Part shown: positions 18,180-32,000 of the stretch, piece after piece
How the letters are laid out: each line of letters begins with the position of its first letter
Position numbering within the stretch: position 1 is the stretch's first letter
Assembly (NCBI RefSeq): GCF_041320195.1
Contig: NZ_CP100994.1
Direction: 5' to 3' (one strand)
Origin: Escherichia coli
Lineage (GTDB): Bacteria > Pseudomonadota > Gammaproteobacteria > Enterobacterales > Enterobacteriaceae
Length of the DNA stretch: 32,000 nt
Made by a program: the position numbers and the translations under genes
Notes under the pieces: model-generated
What the model was told of the DNA's origin: nothing
Database searches by the model: none
The model's input: only the letters and a program-made list of their open reading frames with translations

Positions 18180-20108
18180 ATGCCTGTTATAACTCTTCCT
18201 GATGGCAGCCAACGCCATTACGACCACGCTGTAAGCCCCATGGATGTTGCGCTGGACATTGGTCCAGGTCTGGCGAAAGCCTGTATCGCAGGGCGCGTTA
18301 ATGGCGAACTGGTTGATGCTTGCGATCTGATTGAAAACGACGCACAACTGTCGATCATTACCGCCAAAGACGAAGAAGGTCTGGAGATCATTCGTCACTC
18401 CTGTGCGCACCTGTTAGGGCACGCGATTAAACAACTTTGGCCGCATACCAAAATGGCAATCGGCCCGGTTATTGACAACGGTTTTTATTACGACGTTGAT
18501 CTTGACCGCACGTTAACCCAGGAAGATGTCGAAGCACTCGAGAAGCGGATGCATGAGCTTGCTGAGAAAAACTACGACGTCATTAAGAAGAAAGTCAGCT
18601 GGCACGAAGCGCGTGAAACTTTCGCCAACCGTGGGGAGAGCTACAAAGTCTCCATTCTTGACGAAAACATCGCCCATGATGACAAGCCAGGTCTGTACTT
18701 CCATGAAGAATATGTCGATATGTGCCGCGGTCCGCACGTACCGAACATGCGTTTCTGCCATCATTTCAAACTAATGAAAACGGCAGGGGCTTACTGGCGT
18801 GGCGACAGCAACAACAAAATGTTGCAACGTATTTACGGTACGGCGTGGGCAGACAAAAAAGCACTTAACGCTTACCTGCAGCGCCTGGAAGAAGCCGCGA
18901 AACGCGACCACCGTAAAATCGGTAAACAGCTCGACCTGTACCATATGCAGGAAGAAGCGCCGGGTATGGTATTCTGGCACAACGACGGCTGGACCATCTT
19001 CCGTGAACTGGAAGTGTTTGTTCGTTCTAAACTGAAAGAGTACCAGTATCAGGAAGTTAAAGGTCCGTTCATGATGGACCGTGTCCTGTGGGAAAAAACC
19101 GGTCACTGGGACAACTACAAAGATGCAATGTTCACCACGTCTTCTGAGAACCGTGAATACTGCATTAAGCCGATGAACTGCCCGGGTCACGTACAAATTT
19201 TCAACCAGGGGCTGAAGTCGTATCGCGATCTGCCGCTGCGTATGGCCGAGTTTGGTAGCTGCCACCGTAACGAGCCGTCAGGTTCTCTGCATGGCCTGAT
19301 GCGCGTGCGTGGATTCACCCAGGATGACGCGCATATCTTCTGTACTGAAGAACAAATTCGCGATGAAGTTAACGGATGTATCCGTTTAGTCTATGATATG
19401 TACAGCACTTTTGGCTTCGAGAAGATCGTCGTCAAACTTTCCACTCGTCCTGAAAAACGTATTGGCAGCGACGAAATGTGGGATCGTGCTGAGGCGGACC
19501 TGGCGGTTGCGCTGGAAGAAAACAACATCCCGTTTGAATATCAACTGGGTGAAGGCGCTTTCTACGGTCCGAAAATTGAATTTACCCTGTATGACTGCCT
19601 CGATCGTGCATGGCAGTGCGGTACAGTACAGCTGGACTTCTCCTTGCCGTCTCGTCTGAGCGCCTCCTATGTGGGCGAAGACAACGAGCGTAAGGTACCG
19701 GTAATGATTCACCGCGCAATTCTTGGGTCGATGGAACGTTTCATCGGTATCCTGACCGAAGAATTCGCTGGTTTCTTCCCGACCTGGCTTGCGCCGGTTC
19801 AGGTTGTTATCATGAATATTACCGATTCACAGTCTGATTACGTTAACGAATTGACGCAAAAACTATCAAATGCGGGCATTCGTGTTAAAGCAGACTTGAG
19901 AAATGAGAAGATTGGCTTTAAAATCCGCGAGCACACTTTGCGTCGCGTCCCATATATGCTGGTCTGTGGTGATAAAGAGGTGGAATCAGGCAAAGTTGCC
20001 GTTCGCACCCGCCGTGGTAAAGACCTGGGAAGCATGGACGTAAATGAAGTGATCGAGAAGCTGCAACAAGAGATTCGCAGCCGCAGTCTTAAACAATTGG
20101 AGGAATAA
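18180..20108 (+). CDS. thrS: Threonyl-tRNA synthetase (642 aa)
   Basis: [47 protein letters not shown]… is recognised as ThrRS over its full length. Confidence 0.98.
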
Positions 20109-20948
<840 letters not shown>

Positions 20949-20974
20949 GCCGTTAGCGTTTTTTAACTTTTTAA

Positions 20975-21358
<384 letters not shown>

Positions 21359-21366
21359 GCCAGTTG

Positions 21367-21398
21367 AAAGAGGGAGCTAGTCTCCCTCTTTTCGTTTC
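21367..21398 (+). terminator. rplT intrinsic terminator
   Basis: AAAGAGGGAG-ctagt-CTCCCTCTTT, a perfect 10-bp stem, runs into ttcgtttc. Confidence 0.8.
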
Positions 21399-21413
21399 AA
21401 CGCCATCAAAACA

Positions 21414-21442
21414 TTGACTTTTATCGCCGTAGCCTTTTCAAT
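21414..21442 (+). promoter_or_regulatory. Candidate pheM-pheST promoter (TTGACT-N17-TTCAAT)
   Basis: -35 TTGACT at 21414-21419 and a -10-like TTCAAT at 21437-21442 lie about 40 nt upstream of the pheM ATG. The transcription start was not verified. Confidence 0.4.
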
Positions 21443-21480
21443 AAAGGTCTTTTGAAGAGTACCAAAAGGTAACGCAAGCA

Positions 21481-21525
21481 ATGAATGCTGCTATTTTCCG
21501 CTTCTTTTTTTACTTTAGCACCTGA
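21481..21525 (+). CDS. pheM: pheST operon leader peptide (14 aa, 5 Phe)
   Basis: ATG AAT GCT GCT ATT TTC CGC TTC TTT TTT TAC TTT AGC ACC TGA encodes [14 protein letters not shown]. Confidence 0.92.
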
Positions 21526-21572
21526 ATCCAGGAGGCTAGCGCGTGAGAAGAGAAACGGAAAACAGCGCCTGA

Positions 21573-21597
21573 AAGCCTCCCAGTGGAGGCTTTTTTT
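21573..21597 (+). terminator. pheST attenuator terminator
   Basis: AAGCCTCC-cagt-GGAGGCTT is followed by a T7 run, 48 nt after the pheM stop. Confidence 0.88.
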
Positions 21598-21654
21598 GTA
21601 TGCGCGTTTTGAAAAATAAAAAGTCAGTCTATCAGGCGTAATTGTCGCAGCCAG

Positions 21655-22791
<1,137 letters not shown>

Positions 22792-22802
22792 GGCAGGAAT
22801 AG

Positions 22803-25193
<2,391 letters not shown>

Positions 25194-25197
25194 ACCT

Positions 25198-25497
25198 ATG
25201 GCGCTTACAAAAGCTGAAATGTCAGAATATCTGTTTGATAAGCTTGGGCTTAGCAAGCGGGATGCCAAAGAACTGGTTGAACTGTTTTTCGAAGAGATCC
25301 GTCGCGCTCTGGAAAACGGCGAACAGGTGAAACTCTCTGGTTTTGGTAACTTCGATCTGCGTGATAAGAATCAACGCCCGGGACGTAACCCGAAAACGGG
25401 CGAGGATATTCCCATTACAGCACGGCGCGTGGTGACCTTCAGACCCGGGCAGAAGTTAAAAAGCCGGGTCGAAAACGCTTCGCCCAAAGACGAGTAA
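25198..25497 (+). CDS. ihfA: Integration host factor alpha subunit (99 aa)
   Basis: [99 protein letters not shown]. It begins 4 nt after the pheT stop. Confidence 0.98.
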
Positions 25498-25510
25498 TCT
25501 GATCTAACTA

Positions 25511-25540
25511 AAAAGGCCGCGCTGCGGCCTTTTTTCTTTT
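25511..25540 (+). terminator. ihfA intrinsic terminator (bidirectional shape)
   Basis: aaaaGGCCGC-gct-GCGGCC is followed by tttttctttt. Confidence 0.85.
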
Positions 25541-25597
25541 CACTGTCGAAGAGTCACCGTAAAATCAACGCCATGACACTTCAGCAGAACGGATACC

Positions 25598-26578
25598 ATG
25601 CTGACACTTGCCCGCCAACAACAGCGACAAAATATTCGCTGGTTATTATGCCTGTCAGTTTTGATGCTGCTGGCGCTTCTCTTAAGCCTTTGCGCCGGTG
25701 AACAATGGATTTCGCCAGGTGACTGGTTTTCTCCTCGTGGCGAACTGTTCGTCTGGCAAATTCGCCTGCCACGTACGCTGGCTGTATTGCTGGTTGGTGC
25801 GGCGCTGGCTATATCCGGCGCTGTAATGCAGGCGTTGTTTGAAAATCCTCTGGCAGAACCTGGACTACTTGGCGTCTCTAACGGCGCAGGCGTGGGGCTT
25901 ATCGCCGCGGTATTGCTTGGGCAAGGGCAACTCCCCAACTGGGCGCTAGGGCTGTGTGCGATTGCTGGCGCGCTTATCATCACTTTAATACTCTTACGTT
26001 TCGCCCGTCGTCATCTTTCGACCAGTCGGTTATTGCTGGCTGGCGTTGCATTAGGGATTATCTGTAGCGCACTAATGACGTGGGCTATCTACTTTTCCAC
26101 CTCTGTTGATTTACGTCAGCTGATGTACTGGATGATGGGCGGTTTTGGCGGCGTAGACTGGCGGCAAAGCTGGCTGATGCTGGCATTGATCCCCGTGTTG
26201 TTGTGGATCTGTTGTCAGTCCAGGCCGATGAATATGTTAGCACTTGGCGAGATCTCGGCGCGGCAACTGGGTTTACCCCTGTGGTTCTGGCGCAATGTGC
26301 TGGTGGCAGCGACCGGCTGGATGGTTGGCGTCAGTGTGGCGCTGGCGGGTGCTATCGGCTTTATTGGTCTGGTGATCCCACATATTCTCCGGTTGTGTGG
26401 TTTAACCGATCATCGCGCATTACTTCCCGGCTGCGCGCTGGCAGGGGCGAGCGCATTGCTGCTGGCCGATATTGTAGCGCGCCTGGCATTAGCTGCCGCA
26501 GAGCTGCCTATTGGCGTGGTCACCGCAACGTTGGGTGCGCCGGTGTTTATCTGGTTATTGTTAAAAGCAGGACGTTAG
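25598..26578 (+). CDS. btuC: Vitamin B12 ABC importer permease (326 aa)
   Basis: [43 protein letters not shown]… is recognised as BtuC. Confidence 0.96.
   Translation: MLTLARQQQRQNIRWLLCLSVLMLLALLLSLCAGEQWISPGDWFSPRGELFVWQIRLPRTLAVLLVGAALAISGAVMQALFENPLAEPGLLGVSNGAGVGLIAAVLLGQGQLPNWALGLCAIAGALIITLILLRFARRHLSTSRLLLAGVALGIICSALMTWAIYFSTSVDLRQLMYWMMGGFGGVDWRQSWLMLALIPVLLWICCQSRPMNMLALGEISARQLGLPLWFWRNVLVAATGWMVGVSVALAGAIGFIGLVIPHILRLCGLTDHRALLPGCALAGASALLLADIVARLALAAAELPIGVVTATLGAPVFIWLLLKAGR
26299..26306 (+). other. Chi site (GCTGGTGG)
   Basis: An exact octamer on the plus strand, which is the strand carrying thrS…ihfA. Confidence 0.6.
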
Positions 26579-26640
26579 CCGCAAAAAGACGGTCTATGAT
26601 TAAAAGCTAAGATTTTTACTGACCACACCCAGGAGAAACG

Positions 26641-27192
26641 ATGCAAGATTCCATTCTGACGACCGTAGTGAAAGATATCGACGGTGAAGTGACCACGCTG
26701 GAGAAGTTCGCCGGTAATGTGCTGTTGATTGTCAATGTCGCCTCAAAGTGTGGCTTAACGCCGCAGTATGAGCAGTTGGAGAATATTCAGAAAGCCTGGG
26801 CCGATCGAGGTTTTGTGGTGCTGGGATTCCCGTGCAACCAGTTTCTGGAACAAGAACCGGGCAGCGATGAAGAGATTAAAACTTACTGTACCACCACATG
26901 GGGGGTGACGTTCCCGATGTTCAGTAAGATTGAAGTTAATGGCGAAGGACGCCATCCGCTGTATCAAAAATTGATTGCCGCAGCGCCGACCGCAGTCGCG
27001 CCGGAAGAGAGCGGATTCTATGCCCGTATGGTCAGCAAAGGCCGTGCACCGCTGTACCCGGATGATATTTTATGGAATTTTGAAAAATTCCTAGTTGGCA
27101 GGGACGGAAAAGTCATCCAGCGTTTTTCCCCGGATATGACGCCGGAAGATCCCATTGTGATGGAAAGCATTAAACTGGCGTTGGCAAAATAA
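26641..27192 (+). CDS. btuE: Thioredoxin/glutathione peroxidase BtuE (183 aa)
   Basis: [47 protein letters not shown]… carries the GPx-type NVASKCG active-site motif. CAGGAGAAA lies upstream. Confidence 0.96.
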
Positions 27193-27941
27193 TGTCTATT
27201 GTGATGCAGTTACAGGATGTTGCGGAATCTACCCGCCTGGGGCCGCTTTCTGGCGAGGTTCGGGCTGGGGAGATCCTGCACCTGGTGGGGCCGAATGGCG
27301 CGGGTAAGAGTACCTTACTGGCGCGAATGGCCGGAATGACCAGCGGTAAGGGAAGCATTCAGTTCGCGGGGCAACCACTGGAAGCATGGTCCGCAACAAA
27401 ACTCGCGCTGCATCGCGCCTATCTTTCACAACAGCAGACGCCGCCGTTTGCAATGCCGGTCTGGCACTACCTGACACTGCATCAGCACGATAAAACGCGT
27501 ACCGAACTACTGAATGATGTCGCAGGGGCGCTGGCTCTTGATGACAAACTCGGACGGAGCACCAATCAACTTTCCGGCGGTGAATGGCAACGCGTACGTC
27601 TTGCTGCGGTGGTGCTGCAAATCACACCACAAGCCAATCCCGCAGGCCAATTGCTGCTTCTTGATGAGCCGATGAACAGTCTTGATGTTGCGCAACAAAG
27701 TGCGTTAGACAAAATTCTGAGCGCGCTGTGTCAGCAAGGACTGGCGATTGTGATGAGCAGTCACGATCTCAACCACACATTGCGTCATGCGCATCGGGCG
27801 TGGTTGCTAAAAGGTGGAAAAATGCTGGCCAGTGGACGCAGAGAAGAGGTGCTCACGCCGCCAAATCTGGCGCAGGCCTATGGGATGAATTTTCGCCGTC
27901 TGGATATCGAAGGTCACAGAATGCTGATTTCGACCATCTGA
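27192..27941 (+). CDS. btuD: Vitamin B12 ABC importer ATPase (249 aa)
   Basis: It has a Walker A motif (GPNGAGKST), an LSGGEWQRV signature and a LLLLDEP Walker B. The ATG overlaps the btuE stop (TAATG), which suggests translational coupling. Confidence 0.96.
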
Positions 27942-28018
27942 TTTCATTAGTATCTTGAAAATCGGGTAATTACGACGCTAAATTAATGCAAGAATAAAAA
28001 ACAGAGGAACCGTACGGA

Positions 28019-28483
28019 ATGCGTTTCTGCCTTATTTTGATCACAGCACTGTTTCTGGCCGGGTGTAGCCATCATAAAGCACCGCCGCCAAATGCCAGAC
28101 TTTCTGATTCGATTACCGTTATTGCCGGTTTGAACGACCAGCTACAAAGCTGGCATGGCACGCCGTATCGTTATGGTGGCATGACGCGGCGCGGTGTGGA
28201 CTGTTCGGGATTTGTGGTTGTGACGATGCGCGATCGTTTCGATTTGCAGCTGCCCCGTGAAACCAAACAACAAGCCTCTATTGGCACGCAAATTGATAAA
28301 GACGAGTTGCTGCCAGGTGACCTGGTCTTTTTCAAAACGGGGTCCGGACAAAATGGTTTGCATGTAGGTATTTACGATACCAACAACCAATTCATCCACG
28401 CCTCTACCAGCAAGGGAGTGATGCGTTCCTCACTTGATAATGTCTATTGGCAGAAAAATTTCTGGCAGGCGAGACGAATCTAG
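28019..28483 (+). CDS. nlpC: NlpC/P60-family lipoprotein peptidoglycan endopeptidase (154 aa)
   Basis: It has a lipobox (LFLAGC) in MRFCLILITALFLAGCSHH and the NlpC/P60 catalytic motif (…GVDCSGFV…H…H). Recognised as NlpC. Confidence 0.95.
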   Translation: MRFCLILITALFLAGCSHHKAPPPNARLSDSITVIAGLNDQLQSWHGTPYRYGGMTRRGVDCSGFVVVTMRDRFDLQLPRETKQQASIGTQIDKDELLPGDLVFFKTGSGQNGLHVGIYDTNNQFIHASTSKGVMRSSLDNVYWQKNFWQARRI

Positions 28484-28493
28484 TATGTCGAAA

Positions 28494-28524
28494 AATGGAC
28501 GGCGATGATACATCGCCGTCCATT
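28494..28524. terminator. 14-bp perfect hairpin after nlpC (AATGGACGGCGATG-ata-CATCGCCGTCCATT)
   Basis: A perfect inverted repeat lies 10 nt after the nlpC stop. It has an A5 run on the 5' side and only TTT on the 3' side, so the U-tract is better on the minus strand. Confidence 0.65.
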
Positions 28525-28729
28525 TACTCCTGAATACAGTAGTATTTTGCAGACAAAAATTCCGTAAATGGATTATTCGTTTATAATCAGGATAATCTAA
28601 AAAAAGGACCCCTGAAAAAGTGGTTAACATGGAACAAATGAAAGTTACTCCTTCTGTAATTGTTATGTCTTATGACCTCATCCCTTTTAGCCGGATACTG
28701 AAAAACATCCTTCGAGAGGGACGGTTACC

Positions 28730-29443
28730 ATGAATATTTTTTTGGAGAATCTTTATCATTCTGATTGCTATTTCCTGCCGATAAGAGATAACCAGCAACT
28801 CCTTGTCGGCGTTGAGTTAATTACCCATTTCTCCAGTGAAGATGGCACGGTTCGTATCCCGACGAGTCGGGTTATAGCGCAACTTACCGAGGAGCAACAT
28901 TGGCAATTATTTTCAGAGCAGTTGGAATTACTAAAATCATGCCAACACTTTTTTATTCAACATAAACTCTTTGCCTGGCTTAATTTAACGCCACAAGTGG
29001 CTACATTATTATTAGACAGGGATAATTACGCAGGCGAACTATTAAAATATCCGTTTATTGAACTGTTGATTAATGAGAATTACCCGCATCTCAATGAAGG
29101 AAAAGATAATCGCGATCTTTTGTCCTTATCGCACATGTATCCCCTTGTGTTAGGCAATTTGGGAGCAGGTAATAGCACAATGAAAGCGGTTTTTGATGGT
29201 CTTTTCACCCGCGTAATGCTGGATAAAAGTTTTATTCAGCAACAAATCACGCATCGCTCCTTCGAACCGTTTATTCGTGCGATCCAGGCGCAAATTTCCC
29301 CTTGTTGCAATTGCATCATCGCGGGGGGCATTGATACGCCAGAAATATTGGCACAGATTACCCCCTTCGATTTCCATGCTCTCCAGGGATGCCTGTGGCC
29401 TGCCGTTCCTATAAATCAGATAACGACGTTGGTTCAGCGATAA
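28730..29443 (+). CDS. ydiV: Anti-FlhD4C2 factor YdiV, degenerate EAL-domain protein (237 aa)
   Basis: MNIFLENLYHSDCYFLPIRDNQQLLVGVELITHF… has ELI in place of the EAL motif. Recognised as YdiV; the gene is AT-rich. Confidence 0.95.
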   Translation: MNIFLENLYHSDCYFLPIRDNQQLLVGVELITHFSSEDGTVRIPTSRVIAQLTEEQHWQLFSEQLELLKSCQHFFIQHKLFAWLNLTPQVATLLLDRDNYAGELLKYPFIELLINENYPHLNEGKDNRDLLSLSHMYPLVLGNLGAGNSTMKAVFDGLFTRVMLDKSFIQQQITHRSFEPFIRAIQAQISPCCNCIIAGGIDTPEILAQITPFDFHALQGCLWPAVPINQITTLVQR

Positions 29444-29444
29444 C

Positions 29445-30942
<1,498 letters not shown>

Positions 30943-30945
30943 AGG

Positions 30946-31137
30946 CTACTTGGTCAACAGCAGCTTGCCAGCCTGAGTTTTACGGAGCAGATATTCTTGC
31001 CCGTCATGATCGATAATCAGTTTGCCATCCGGACCTAACAGTGTCTGGCTGGAAATTCGCCGAATAGGCTGCGGGGAAGCGGTCTTGTGATTGGCATCCG
31101 TTTCAGGCGTGAGTTTTCTGCTATCCGTATAACGCAT
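30946..31137 (-). CDS. ydiE: HemP/HmuP-family small protein YdiE (63 aa)
   Basis: [63 protein letters not shown]. The track ORF is extended upstream to a TTG. Confidence 0.88.
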
Positions 31138-31159
31138 AAAAATTAATAATAATTGATAT

Positions 31160-31178
31160 AACAATGATTCTTATTATC
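31160..31178 (-). promoter_or_regulatory. Fur box overlapping the ydiE -10
   Basis: The minus strand reads GATAATAAGAATCATTGTT, matching 15 of 19 positions of GATAATGATAATCATTATC. Its first hexamer, GATAAT, is the -10 of a TTGCTC-N17-GATAAT promoter (31173-31201). Confidence 0.75.
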
Positions 31179-31232
31179 AATATTATGGCTGACCAGAGCA
31201 AGCAGTAATTTGTTGAGAAGACAACAAGTTGC

Positions 31233-31263
31233 GCAGAAATGCCCATTCCGTCAGGAATGGGCA
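31233..31263 (-). terminator. aroH intrinsic terminator
   Basis: On the minus strand, TGCCCATTCC-tgac-GGAATGGGCA (a perfect 10 bp) is followed by tttctgcg, beginning 5 nt after the aroH TGA. Confidence 0.8.
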
Positions 31264-31268
31264 CGCAT

Positions 31269-32000
31269 TCAGAAGCGGGTATCTACCGCAGAGGCGAGTT
31301 TTTCGACCAGGCGTTCGGTATCTTCCCAGCCCAGACACGGGTCGGTAATGGATTGACCGTAAGTGAGCGGCTGACTGCCGACGATTTTTTGCGTTCCTTC
31401 GCGCAGGAAACTTTCCGCCATAATTCCAGCAATCGCCGTAGAGCCATTGCGGATTTGCTGACAAATATCCTCACAAACTTCTAACTGGCGACGGTGCTGC
31501 TTCTGGCAGTTACCGTGGCTGAAATCCACCACCAGATGTTCAGGTAAATCAAACTCGTGCAGCGTATCGCAGGCTGCGGCGATATCATCGGCATGATAAT
31601 TCGGTTTTTTGCCGCCACGCATAATAATGTGGCCATACGGGTTGCCGCTGGTCTGATAGATGGTCATCTGACCATTTTTGTCTGGCGAGAGGAACATATG
31701 GCTGGCGCGGGCTGCGCGGATAGCATCCACAGCAATCCGCGTATTGCCATCGGTACCATTTTTAAAACCTACCGGACAGGAGAGTGCCGAAGCCATTTCG
31801 CGGTGGATCTGACTTTCGGTAGTACGTGCGCCAATCGCGCCCCAACTGATTAAATCAGCAATAAACTGACCGGTCACCATATCGAGGAACTCGGTCGCGG
31901 TTGGGACGCCCAGCTCATTTACCTGTAAAAGTAATTTGCGCGCCAGCTCCAGACCGTGATTTACCCGATAGCTGCCGTTTAAATCTGGATCGGAGATTAG
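31269..32000 (-). CDS. aroH: Trp-sensitive DAHP synthase, C-terminal ~243 codons (5' end lies outside the window)
   Basis: The frame is open to the window edge. …NGSTAIAGIMAESFLREGTQKIVGSQPLTYGQSITDPCLGWEDTERLVEKLASAVDTRF is recognised as the AroH C-terminus. Confidence 0.95.
   Translation of the reverse strand, partial: LISDPDLNGSYRVNHGLELARKLLLQVNELGVPTATEFLDMVTGQFIADLISWGAIGARTTESQIHREMASALSCPVGFKNGTDGNTRIAVDAIRAARASHMFLSPDKNGQMTIYQTSGNPYGHIIMRGGKKPNYHADDIAAACDTLHEFDLPEHLVVDFSHGNCQKQHRRQLEVCEDICQQIRNGSTAIAGIMAESFLREGTQKIVGSQPLTYGQSITDPCLGWEDTERLVEKLASAVDTRF

Noticed and set aside
25498-25597. Possible cobalamin riboswitch upstream of btuC
   Set aside because: The 100-nt spacer is mostly the ihfA terminator and is far too short. 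It lacks a B12-box-like sequence. btuCED is known not to be riboswitch-controlled, unlike btuB.

Overview
This window is Escherichia coli (or very close Shigella/Escherichia) core chromosome. I identified genes by recognising the translated ORFs; no alignment was run. It is colinear with, and reverse-complemented relative to, the K-12 interval chbC...aroH.

Gene order: chbC'(partial)-chbA-chbR-chbF-chbG, a REP/BIME cluster, katE(-), cedA, ydjO, tcyP/ydjN(-), ydjM(-), hxpB/yniC(-), yniB, yniA(-), ydiZ(-), pfkB(-), ydiY, yniD(-), arpB(-), thrS-infC-rpmI-rplT-pheM-pheS-pheT-ihfA, btuC-btuE-btuD, nlpC, ydiV-selO/ydiU, ydiE(-), aroH'(-, partial).

The textbook regulatory elements are directly visible:
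- the thrS tRNA-like operator
- the AUU start of infC
- the L20 operator region
- the Phe-rich pheM leader plus attenuator
- two LexA boxes at ydjM
- a Fur box at ydiE
- a sigma-S-type -10 at katE
- a BIME-1/RIP element with its IHF motif

I found no tRNA or rRNA genes, CRISPR array, IS element, transposase, integrase or prophage genes. I see no convincing multi-gene novel system such as a defence island.

The accessory-looking parts are two visibly AT-rich islets, ydjO and yniD-arpB. The best lead is arpB. It is an uninterrupted 632-codon ORF here, whereas the K-12 reference annotates it as a pseudogene. It reads as a Cys-His-Asp protease-like N-domain (EspL/OspD/ShET2-like, by inference) fused to five long-period ankyrin repeats.

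Secondary leads are RNA-level:
- a near-consensus promoter followed by an intrinsic terminator just upstream of ydiY, which could be an sRNA or an attenuator
- an 11-bp anti-SD/SD inverted repeat linking the ydiV stop codon to the selO ribosome-binding site
- a uORF ending in ATGA on the ydiV start
- an ERIC-like palindromic element inside the pheS leader
- a Cys-rich 27-codon ORF with a GGAGG Shine-Dalgarno, divergent from arpB

All structural and functional proposals are inferences from reading the sequence and need computation or experiment.
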